From Patescibacteria group bacterium (GTDB taxonomy: Bacteria > Patescibacteriota > Microgenomatia > Levybacterales > UBA12049), in the NCBI GenBank assembly GCA_038058335.1, contig JBBUBI010000032.1, positions 1 to 34,944 of the forward strand: DNA of 34,944 nucleotides, in the 5' to 3' direction. Below, one piece after another: positions 16,594 to 24,621 of the stretch. The notes under the pieces were generated by a model. The model was not told where the DNA came from. It saw only the letters and a program-made list of their open reading frames with translations, and did not search any database. How positions within the stretch are numbered: position 1 is the first letter of the stretch; each line of letters begins with the position of its first letter. Made by a program: the position numbers and the translations under genes.

Positions 16594-17580
16594 TTACTTT
16601 TTTTCGCGGTAGTAATTTCCCTTCGTAACTCCCGATTTTTCGACAAGTTTTAAATCCAAAAGTTTTTTCATATCGTAACGCAAAGTCCTTTCAGGTACTT
16701 TGAGGAAACGGCGTCTGATTTGATCGAAAGAAATGAACGTGTGATCTTTGATAATATTTAAGATTTCCTCCTGACGGGGAGGCAAGAATATTGTTTGCTT
16801 TTTATTAATTTCGTCTTCGATAAGTTTTTTTGTTCTTTCTGTCTGCATGAGAAATGCAGTAAGCATAAAGACAATGTATCTCTCTACATCCTTGAGGCCA
16901 ATATCCAAATAGTAATAATAGTCACTTTTGTGCTCATCTAAATACTCTTCAAAAGGTATATTTACCTCAAAATGCCAGTTCTTAGACTTTAAAATTGCGA
17001 AAATTAATAACCTGCCTACTCTACCATTGCCGTCTACAAACGGATGGATTTTTTCAAAAATCAAATGAGCAATAAGCGCAGTAACCAGCGGAAACTTCTC
17101 TTCATTTGAATTAATATAGGTAATTAATTTTGAAAGAAGAGGCAGTATTTGCTTGGGTGGCGGACTTAGATAAACTGCAATTCCTGCGGCGTTGAAAATT
17201 GCACCCATCTCCTGCCTAAAAACTCCATGATGAGAGAACAGATCTGTCATAACAACTGAGTGTAATTTTAAAAGTTCTTTTTCAGAAATTTTTTTACCCT
17301 CCCCAATATTTTTATCTATGAATTCAACTGCTTTCAGGATATTGAAGATCTCAATATTTTTTTGTTCTTCGGATGGCGCCATGTCGACTTCCTCCAAAGT
17401 TAGCGGATTACCTTCGATTCTGGCAGAATATAATGAGCTTTTTAAAATACTTACTCTTTGAATTTTTTCTTTTATTTGAATTGATAATTCTCTAAATGAT
17501 AAATATATTCTATTCGCTTCTATTTTAGAGAGTAAATCCAATATTTCAGGATTGATTTTATATCTCGGAGGTATTTGCAT
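16594..17580 (-). CDS. Fic-family AMPylase-type protein with C-terminal winged helix
   Basis: HPFVDGNGRVGRLL is the canonical Fic motif. SARIEGN matches the N-terminal inhibitory (S/T)xxxE(G/N) helix. C-terminal wHTH-like segment ISFDQIRRRF..PERTLRYDMKKLLDLKLVEK. Confidence 0.9.
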   Translation of the reverse strand: MQIPPRYKINPEILDLLSKIEANRIYLSFRELSIQIKEKIQRVSILKSSLYSARIEGNPLTLEEVDMAPSEEQKNIEIFNILKAVEFIDKNIGEGKKISEKELLKLHSVVMTDLFSHHGVFRQEMGAIFNAAGIAVYLSPPPKQILPLLSKLITYINSNEEKFPLVTALIAHLIFEKIHPFVDGNGRVGRLLIFAILKSKNWHFEVNIPFEEYLDEHKSDYYYYLDIGLKDVERYIVFMLTAFLMQTERTKKLIEDEINKKQTIFLPPRQEEILNIIKDHTFISFDQIRRRFLKVPERTLRYDMKKLLDLKLVEKSGVTKGNYYREKK

Positions 17581-17586
17581 AGAATT

Positions 17587-17641
17587 ATATTACCAAATCT
17601 TGCCGAATCTTGCCAGATATTACCAAATCTTGCCGAATCTT
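17587..17641 (-). promoter_or_regulatory. Tandem 25-bp repeat (30-bp period) carrying duplicated extended -10 elements upstream of fic
   Basis: ATATTACCAAATCTTGCCGAATCTT occurs at 17587-17611 and 17617-17641. It contains a 10-bp sub-repeat AATCTTGCC. The minus strand reads TGgTAATAT in each copy. The proximal copy ends 6 nt from the ATG. Confidence 0.6.
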
Positions 17642-17670
17642 AATCCCCCAGAATACTTAAATGCGAAAAG

Positions 17671-18000
17671 CTAGTTGGTGGACTTTGAGGGATTCCAAAG
17701 AGAAGAAGACAGATCGACGCGGTCGTGGCCAGAAAATTTAACACCTTCAAGAATTAGAATTTTCTTTTTAGTAACGAGTCCTTCTCCTGCAGAATATCCG
17801 GTAAGCTTACCATTTGATCCTACAACTCTGTGACAGGAAACAATCTTGAGATCAGGATTGGTACGCATAAACATTCCGACAGCTCTTGAGGCCCGTGGAT
17901 TTCCCGCAAGTCTTGCCAATTGTCCGTATGTAGCGACTTTGCCTTTTGGAATACTGCTTGCTATTGAATAGACTTTTTGTCTGAAAGAAGAAGTTTGCAT
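17671..18000 (-). CDS. ogt: Methylated-DNA-protein-cysteine methyltransferase, C-terminal-domain-only type
   Basis: IPKGKVATYGQLARLAGNPRASRAVG....NP..IVSCHRVV....LTGY follows the MGMT DNA-binding/active-site pattern, with SCHR in place of PCHR. Confidence 0.78.
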   Translation of the reverse strand: MQTSSFRQKVYSIASSIPKGKVATYGQLARLAGNPRASRAVGMFMRTNPDLKIVSCHRVVGSNGKLTGYSAGEGLVTKKKILILEGVKFSGHDRVDLSSSLWNPSKSTN

Positions 18001-18123
18001 AAAACTATATTATCACAATTTCCTGAAAAATACATTTGCTTCCTCGTAAGACTACAGCAAGCCAAACTGAAAAACCGAAAATTTAAATGTATAATACATA
18101 GGAAGTGGAAAATTTTCTAAATT

Positions 18124-18951
18124 ATGCAAAATAAAAAAATACAAATTTCTGCAATTGTTCCTGTTTACAATGAAGAAAAAAGAGTCGCAAGAGTTATAAC
18201 GACTCTGCTGAAATCCAAACTAATATCTGAAATCATATGTATCAACGACGGCTCATCCGACAAGAGTTTGGAAATTTTACAAAAATTTGGCAGCAAAATT
18301 ATTTTGATAAATTTTAAAAGCAATAAAGGAAAGGGCACAGCTGTTGCTGAAGGGATTAGAAAAGCAAAAGGAGATTATTTATTCTTTTGCGATAGCGATC
18401 TTATTAATTTCACTACAGAACATATTGGGAGCATGCTAGAGCCTATTCTTGATGGTAAAACCAAAGCTGTCCTGGCTGTACCTGCCTTAGACGAAACTGG
18501 CAGATATGCAAGGCATGAAATATTTTTAGCCGGTGAGCGAATTTACCCCAGGAAAGACTTACTCCCTCATGTTTCAAAGCTTACTAGAACCAAAGGCGCA
18601 GGAGGAAGCGAGATCGTATTAAATTCGCTCTTCCGCAAAAAAGAAGTATTTACAGTTCCTCTAATCGGCTTAAAAAAGCCATTTAAAGGAAGTAAATGGT
18701 CCTCCTCGCTAGCCTTGAGACAAGGCATGCTGTCTGTAATTGGTGTTCTTCAAGAATCAGGCAGAATTGAAATAAACTCAATTGGTGACTTAAAAAAATT
18801 GGAAAATCTTATTCAAGTAACTACTTTTGAGGATTTAATAGAAAAAATTAAAAAGCTGAGAAACAAAAAATTAAGGATGATTTTGGAAAAATACTATACG
18901 AAATATATCTTTAAATATACCAAGAGGCTTAGGACAAAAAATATTACTTAA
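18124..18951 (+). CDS. GT2-clan glycosyltransferase, possibly GT81-like (glucosyl-3-phosphoglycerate synthase-like)
   Basis: ISAIVPVYNEEKRV...ICINDGSSDKS...CDSD. The segment LAGERIYPRKDLL......GAGGSEIVLNSL recalls the GpgS/MpgS LAGE...GYGVE region. The GT81-like assignment is weak. Confidence 0.75.
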   Translation: MQNKKIQISAIVPVYNEEKRVARVITTLLKSKLISEIICINDGSSDKSLEILQKFGSKIILINFKSNKGKGTAVAEGIRKAKGDYLFFCDSDLINFTTEHIGSMLEPILDGKTKAVLAVPALDETGRYARHEIFLAGERIYPRKDLLPHVSKLTRTKGAGGSEIVLNSLFRKKEVFTVPLIGLKKPFKGSKWSSSLALRQGMLSVIGVLQESGRIEINSIGDLKKLENLIQVTTFEDLIEKIKKLRNKKLRMILEKYYTKYIFKYTKRLRTKNIT

Positions 18952-20531
18952 CCGGACAGGATTATTCCTTCGCAGGAACGGAGACTTATTTGATGTTTTT
19001 CTTCTCTTTTTTCAACATCCAGATGCGTAGACAAAAGAGATGTCCAATTGCCTTTGGGTAATTTGACTACTTGCGGATCTTCAGAGAAATTAGCCAATAT
19101 AAGAGTTTTTTCTTCTCCTTCTCTCCTTATGAATCCCAAAACATTTAAATTCTTTAAATCTAATGGAATTTGCTTTCCGCTAGATAAACTTTTTCTACTT
19201 TTCCTGAGATTAATAAGAGATTTGTATAGGCTTAGGAAAGATTTTTTATCCTTTTCCTCTGAAGCTACATTTTTCTCTTTAAATTCTTTCCCCAATGGAA
19301 GCCAGGGCTCTACACTTGAAAAACCCCCAAACTTAGACGTATTCCACTGCATAGGTGAACGCTCCGGATCACGTCCAAAATTAAGACCTTTCATATTTAC
19401 AGCCATGGGATCTTTTGCCTTTTCCACAGGAACATCCGCATTCTCCATTCCCAGCTCTTCTCCATAGTAGATAAACGGAATACCCCGAAACGTGAGCTGT
19501 AAAAGCGCAGCCGTTCTTGCAGCCTTCTCTCCTAATTTCGTAGCTATCCTTGGCTTATCATGGTTACCAAGAACATATGTGGGAAAATAGTCTTCGCCTA
19601 CCTTCTCATCGAATTCATCGATAAACTTCTTCTGCTGCTGTGCGTTCCATGGAAGAGAAATGAACGAAAAATTAAAAGGAACAAAGCTTTGATGATCTAC
19701 GATTTGATAAAGATTTACGATTTCATAAAGAAATGTGTAAATTTCACATACCATAAATCTGTCCTCAAATTCATTAATCACGTCGTTGAGCTTCTTAAGC
19801 ATATTGAGTGTTTCCGGAAGAGCCAAGGTGTATATATGCAAAAGACTGTCATATTCCGTATGATGCTCAGTGAGTCCTGGATTATTCGGCTCATCGCGGA
19901 AAAAAGGATCTTTAAAAAGATAATATGCTACGTCCACTCGAAAACCATCAACTCCTTTTCTCATCCAAAATCGCATTACATTCAACATCTCCTCAACTAC
20001 CTTCGGATTTCTCCAATTAAGATCAGGCTGGCTTACATCAAAAGTATGGAGGTAATATTCTCCTGTTTTCTTATCCAATTCCCAAGCTGACCCACCAAAT
20101 TGAGACAGCCAATTATTTGGCGCTTCCCCGTTTTTCTTTGGAAGTTTCCATAAATACCAATCTCTTTTGGAATTTTTCTTAGAGGACCTGGACTCTTTAA
20201 ACCATGGGTGCTCAAAAGAAGTGTGATTGGGGACGAAATCCATAAGCACCTTCATGTCCATCTTATGAGCTTTCTTTACCAGAGTATCAAAATCAGCAAG
20301 GCTTCCAAATATCGGATCTATGTCATGGTAATCAGATATATCGTAGCCAAAGTCATGCATCGGAGAGCGGTAAACAGGAGACAGCCATATTGCATCTACT
20401 CCCAAATCTTTTAAGTAATCTAATTTTTCTTCTATTCCGGGCAAATCGCCTATTCCGTCTCCATTGCTGTCTTTAAAACTTCTCGGATAAATTTGGTAAA
20501 TAATTCTCTTGCCCCATTTGCTATCAATCAT
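18948..20531 (-). CDS. GH13 alpha-glucosidase / oligo-1,6-glucosidase family
   Basis: IIYQIYPRSFKDSNGDGIGDLPGI..KLDYLKDLGVDAIWLSPVY, DGFRVDVA (nucleophile), MVCEIY (acid/base), LGNHDKPR. Confidence 0.9.
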   Translation of the reverse strand: MIDSKWGKRIIYQIYPRSFKDSNGDGIGDLPGIEEKLDYLKDLGVDAIWLSPVYRSPMHDFGYDISDYHDIDPIFGSLADFDTLVKKAHKMDMKVLMDFVPNHTSFEHPWFKESRSSKKNSKRDWYLWKLPKKNGEAPNNWLSQFGGSAWELDKKTGEYYLHTFDVSQPDLNWRNPKVVEEMLNVMRFWMRKGVDGFRVDVAYYLFKDPFFRDEPNNPGLTEHHTEYDSLLHIYTLALPETLNMLKKLNDVINEFEDRFMVCEIYTFLYEIVNLYQIVDHQSFVPFNFSFISLPWNAQQQKKFIDEFDEKVGEDYFPTYVLGNHDKPRIATKLGEKAARTAALLQLTFRGIPFIYYGEELGMENADVPVEKAKDPMAVNMKGLNFGRDPERSPMQWNTSKFGGFSSVEPWLPLGKEFKEKNVASEEKDKKSFLSLYKSLINLRKSRKSLSSGKQIPLDLKNLNVLGFIRREGEEKTLILANFSEDPQVVKLPKGNWTSLLSTHLDVEKREEKHQISLRSCEGIILSG

Positions 20532-21753
20532 GCTTTTTGACTAAACTTCTTTTACTTACTATGCCCTTCAGCAATTTATGAAAACCTGTAAATTGCTTCT
20601 CTGCAGTAAATTTCTCCGCAATTGTTTTATGGCCTGCTTTTATGAATTTTTCTCTTATAGCTTCATCATTTAGAATTTTCTCAATTTTTTGAGCCAAGAG
20701 AGACGGATCGCTTGGCGCAACGAGAAATCCATTGTGTCCATCGCTAATTATTTCTGGCATTCCTCCTGTCTTGGCCCCTATAACAGGGAGTCCACAAGCC
20801 ATTGCTTCTATAAAAATTTGGCCAAGGGTTTCATTCTTTTCTGCAGGAAGAACAAGAACGTCTGAGCCTCTATAAATATTTGGCATTTGATCCAGCTCAA
20901 ACATTTTTACAATAGTTTTGTCCTCAATGTTATGAATTTTAATATAACCAATAAGCATTTCGTATGCATTTGCAAACTCATCTTTCAGATTTTCCGAAGC
21001 TCTTGCAACACCTATTAGAAGTCTCATTTTGGGAAAACGTGGAGAAAGTCGAGAGAATGCTTCGATAAGATTAATTATTCCTTTTTCTTTAAGCATGTTC
21101 TTGCTTCCGGTAATTATTCTTCCGGCAGTTAGTACGATCCTCACGTCTTCTGCAAGTCCAAGTTCTTTTTTGAGGCTAAATTTGGGATCCGAAGTTTGAT
21201 TAAAATCAAGAGTATTTACTCCCAAATAATCTGTCGAAAGTTTATTTATATCCGTTCCCTTCTGAAAACAATCTCCGGCGACGCTTCTGCTTACGCAACT
21301 TACGTGATCCCACATGAGCTGGTTGGTAAGTTCTATTTGAAGAGGAGACTCGGGATACATATGAAGCCTGAGCATAAGCGGAATTTTGTGAAGCGCAGTT
21401 ATCATGTTGAGTCTCAGGCTATACACTGCAGGCGTGCCAAAAAGTATATTTTCCGCACAAATTACATCTATCTTATGAGTTTTTATAATATTCTCGACTA
21501 AATCCGAGAATCCCTGCGCTTTTTGCGCAATATCCGAGGCAATCCTCTTCCTGCGAGGGATAGATAGATTGTTATCATAATAAATAGTCATATTCCCATC
21601 CTTGGCGTTATGACTTTTCCCACTGGTTGGAAGAATAAGAAAGGTTTTTATATCTTTCTTGACTTTAAAATAATTTATAAGATTTAGAACGTAACGCTCT
21701 ACCCCACCAATACTTTCAAATGGTGAGTTGGGACTTATAAATAAGACGTTCAT
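20524..21753 (-). CDS. GT4 (GT-B) glycosyltransferase
   Basis: The C-terminal E-x7-E region has LPAEKNETLGQIFIEAMACGLPVIGAKTGGMPEII.DGHNGFLV. Overlaps the GH13 start by 8 nt. Confidence 0.85.
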   Translation of the reverse strand: MNVLFISPNSPFESIGGVERYVLNLINYFKVKKDIKTFLILPTSGKSHNAKDGNMTIYYDNNLSIPRRKRIASDIAQKAQGFSDLVENIIKTHKIDVICAENILFGTPAVYSLRLNMITALHKIPLMLRLHMYPESPLQIELTNQLMWDHVSCVSRSVAGDCFQKGTDINKLSTDYLGVNTLDFNQTSDPKFSLKKELGLAEDVRIVLTAGRIITGSKNMLKEKGIINLIEAFSRLSPRFPKMRLLIGVARASENLKDEFANAYEMLIGYIKIHNIEDKTIVKMFELDQMPNIYRGSDVLVLPAEKNETLGQIFIEAMACGLPVIGAKTGGMPEIISDGHNGFLVAPSDPSLLAQKIEKILNDEAIREKFIKAGHKTIAEKFTAEKQFTGFHKLLKGIVSKRSLVKKHD

Positions 21754-21756
21754 ATT

Positions 21757-22014
21757 TTACCTTTCTGGTCTTGGTGTTGCTTCTTTTACAGCAATTGATC
21801 GACCATTTAGTTCTGAATTATTGAGTTTGTCCATTGCTTCTTTTGCAGTTTCTTCTGTATCCATCTCAACAAATCCAAAACCCTTTCCCTGGCCAGTATC
21901 TCTGTCAATTATTACTTTTGCAGATAATACTTTACCAATCTTTGAAAAGTGCTCTTCGAGTTGTGCGTCGGTCGTTGAATACTCAAGACCGCCTATAAAT
22001 AGTTTATTTGTCAT
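21757..22014 (-). CDS. RRM-type RNA-binding protein (single domain, 85 aa)
   Basis: RNP-2 LFIGGL and RNP-1 KGFGFVEM. SD AAGGAGGA. The stop is 3 nt before the GT4 start. Confidence 0.92.
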   Translation of the reverse strand: MTNKLFIGGLEYSTTDAQLEEHFSKIGKVLSAKVIIDRDTGQGKGFGFVEMDTEETAKEAMDKLNNSELNGRSIAVKEATPRPER

Positions 22015-22223
22015 TTAATCTTCCTCCTTTCCTTGTTTTTATCGAAATAATATGCAAATATCTCTGCTCAAAGTGAAATGTTTAATGTAGTAAGAAGATA
22101 CTAAGTGGAAAAATGAGGTATCTTTTATCTTTAAAAAACTAAATCAAAATATAAGCAGACGTATTCGCATATCATCTGCGACTGGTTGTATTATAACACA
22201 GATATCAATTACTACCTAATCTA

Positions 22224-22607
22224 CTACGAATAGTCCTGAATTAGCGAAGAATGCTTTGAGACAAAATCACGCGTAGTACTCGAAAGCAAAAGCTTTTCAA
22301 TCTCCTTAAGAGTGAAAAAGGAAAGCAAATGACCTTCGGCTCGATTAATTTGATTTACGTTGTCATCGGTAAGACTTGCGTGATAGCAGGACTCGGATAC
22401 ATATTCAACATTACCGACCTTTATTCCCATCTCCTGCTCTATGTTACGCTTAAGAGCAGTCTCATCGGGTTCATTGGCATTCTTAGCGCTCCCAATAAAA
22501 CTCCATGCATCCCGACCATCATCAAGCGAATTTTTTTGCTTATACATTAGAAGCGCTTTATTTTTATAAGTGAGGAGTATCAGACTTGAGGAAGTATTAC
22601 CATCCAT
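22224..22607 (-). CDS. NUDIX-like hydrolase domain protein (degenerate Nudix box)
   Basis: GSAKNANEPDETALKRNIEQEMGI approximates Gx5Ex7REUxEExGU with substitutions. Confidence 0.42.
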   Translation of the reverse strand: MDGNTSSSLILLTYKNKALLMYKQKNSLDDGRDAWSFIGSAKNANEPDETALKRNIEQEMGIKVGNVEYVSESCYHASLTDDNVNQINRAEGHLLSFFTLKEIEKLLLSSTTRDFVSKHSSLIQDYS

Positions 22608-22657
22608 AAATACATTATAGTCCTATTTGACCCAAACATGGCGACCAAAATTGAAAA

Positions 22658-23071
22658 TCATACTTCAAACCACAATGGGCGGCTTTTATTTTTTGCATTT
22701 CCGGAATTGATGTAATTAAATGTTATCTCATCATCTTTCTTTATATTATCTGAAGCAACAAAATCAATAATCTTTTCTCTCTGTTTTATTTTATAAGTAG
22801 CGTTCGGTTTATATGAATGATTATAGATTGATCCAAAACCCAAGACTATTGCTAATCGCTCCATGTTCTTGCCAAAATAAAAGAAATAAGTAACAAGAAC
22901 ACTCTCTTTTAAATTAGACATATCATGCTCCGGAACTTCAACTATTGGACAGTTTTCAATGATCTCCCCTTTTCTAATATCTAGCCTTGCAAAAACCCCT
23001 CTCCCAGCATTAAGAATTTTTGATTTACTAATATAAACTTTGTCTGAAGTGAGAATTTTTTTCATGATCAT
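22658..23071 (-). CDS. SET-domain protein-lysine methyltransferase
   Basis: GRGVFARLDIRKGEII, YNHSYKPNATY (NHSxxPN motif), DDEITFNY (ELxF/YDY-type motif). 137 aa minimal SET. Confidence 0.85.
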   Translation of the reverse strand: MIMKKILTSDKVYISKSKILNAGRGVFARLDIRKGEIIENCPIVEVPEHDMSNLKESVLVTYFFYFGKNMERLAIVLGFGSIYNHSYKPNATYKIKQREKIIDFVASDNIKKDDEITFNYINSGNAKNKSRPLWFEV

Positions 23072-23084
23072 GATTATAACAAAA

Positions 23085-23270
23085 TTAACCCAATCTCTTT
23101 CCCGATTCGATCTGCCTAAGTATTTTTTCTGCCCTAGAAAATCCTATCTTAAATTTTTTCTGGATTAAATATGCGAGAGGAAAATCAAACTTGGTAAGAT
23201 ACTCATAAACTTCCCGCAGTAGAGGATCTTCATCAATATCTTTTTTCTGTTTCGCTGGCTCCCTTTTCAT
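23085..23270 (-). CDS. Stand-alone FtsK-gamma-like winged-helix DNA-binding protein with Lys-rich N-terminal tail
   Basis: DPLLREVYEYL......AYLIQKKFKIGFSRAEKILRQIE parallels the FtsK gamma pattern D.LY..A......S.S.LQRRLRIGYNRAARIIDQLE. N-terminus MKREPAKQKKD. Confidence 0.55.
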   Translation of the reverse strand: MKREPAKQKKDIDEDPLLREVYEYLTKFDFPLAYLIQKKFKIGFSRAEKILRQIESGKRLG

Positions 23271-23282
23271 GAAGCAATTATA

Positions 23283-24005
23283 TCAGAAGAATTTGTTTAT
23301 CCAATCAAGAGTTTCCTGAAATAGTTTTTTTTCAACTCCATCTTCATCAAAACAATGAGTAGCTTTAGGTATTATTGCGAAAGCCTTTGGATTATTTGCG
23401 TTTTTAAATAATTTTTCACCTTCCTTGATCATTATGCCTGCACCTGCAACGATTATTTTTATCGGCTTGTTTATCTTTTTTATTAGCTTTGTTGGCTTAA
23501 GTATTTTATTTTCTTTATACATTTCATTACTAATTGTAAATCCAAAGGAAGAATCATTATCATGGTAATATTTATCTAATTCTTTTAAGTATCTTGCTTT
23601 TACAACCACATCTCTATCTCCCGATGGATCCCAAAGAACGGCAGAATCAAAATCTTTCTTTTTTGACAGAAGAACAGATGGTCCTCCGAAACTATGCCCA
23701 ACAACAGAAATTTTCTTTACACCTTTATTTCTGAAATATTTAATAAGTGTATCTAGATCTTGCCCGTGTAGGGAAAGAGTGCAATCATCAAGTTTTCTTG
23801 CATCATCTTGCCAACTATAAAGGTCAAATCTAAAAGTTGAAATTCCTTTCTTTTCAAAAAATCTTGCGGCGTTAAAGAACTGGTGTTCATTTTTATGGCC
23901 TGTAAATCCATGAACAAAGACTACCAAAGGATTATTCAACGATCCTCGCAATATTCCATAAATATATTTTTTATTCTTGAGAGGTATTTTAAAATCTTTT
24001 TCCAT
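23283..24005 (-). CDS. Alpha/beta-fold hydrolase
   Basis: VVFVHGFTGHKN and the nucleophile elbow VGHSFGG. A C-terminal His context is present. Confidence 0.8.
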   Translation of the reverse strand: MEKDFKIPLKNKKYIYGILRGSLNNPLVVFVHGFTGHKNEHQFFNAARFFEKKGISTFRFDLYSWQDDARKLDDCTLSLHGQDLDTLIKYFRNKGVKKISVVGHSFGGPSVLLSKKKDFDSAVLWDPSGDRDVVVKARYLKELDKYYHDNDSSFGFTISNEMYKENKILKPTKLIKKINKPIKIIVAGAGIMIKEGEKLFKNANNPKAFAIIPKATHCFDEDGVEKKLFQETLDWINKFF

Positions 24006-24026
24006 GAGGCAATTATAGCAGAGAAG

Positions 24027-24569
24027 CTATTTCCGTAACTTTCTAATTTCTTTCATGATATCTTTAATCTCATTACTTTCAATAAACAGATCTGCGAAGT
24101 CGAAAAACCCATCCAGATTTACTCCCGTCCTCTTCTCGTTAAAATATGCTTGAAGCGCCAGATCTAGTCTGTCTATTTCTTTATGCATTTTCGCCTCTCT
24201 AGTCTTTTTCTCTTCCATTTCAGTCCAAAGCTCCAAGTACTCATCGCCGCCCAGAAGTTCCAGGATTTTTTTCATAGCAGCGCCCTCGTCCTCTTCTTTT
24301 TTTGAGAGTTTTTTCTTATCTACTCCTTTGTCTTTGGTATACCAAAGCACATCGCCGATAATACTTTCTCCAATGTCATGTATCAAACCCATTTTTATAA
24401 ACTTTTCCGTATCTACTTTTAGTTTTGGGGCTAGGATCATTGAAAGAACGGATGTGGAGAAGGAGTGATCGGAGACGCTTTCGGAGCTTTTGATACCAGC
24501 ATTCACCCAGCCCGCTCTTTTTGTTCTTTTAAGCTTGTCTAAATGCTCATAAAACTTAATTATTTTCAT
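24027..24569 (-). CDS. HD-domain phosphohydrolase, YfbR-like 5'-deoxynucleotidase family
   Basis: RTKRAGWV....ESVSDHSF...LIHDIGESIIGD shows the H...HD...D metal ligands in YfbR-like order. Confidence 0.8.
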   Translation of the reverse strand: MKIIKFYEHLDKLKRTKRAGWVNAGIKSSESVSDHSFSTSVLSMILAPKLKVDTEKFIKMGLIHDIGESIIGDVLWYTKDKGVDKKKLSKKEEDEGAAMKKILELLGGDEYLELWTEMEEKKTREAKMHKEIDRLDLALQAYFNEKRTGVNLDGFFDFADLFIESNEIKDIMKEIRKLRK

Positions 24570-24621
24570 TGCTTACGGACATAGACGCTGCGTATAGACC
24601 CAGACATAAAACCTTTGGATT

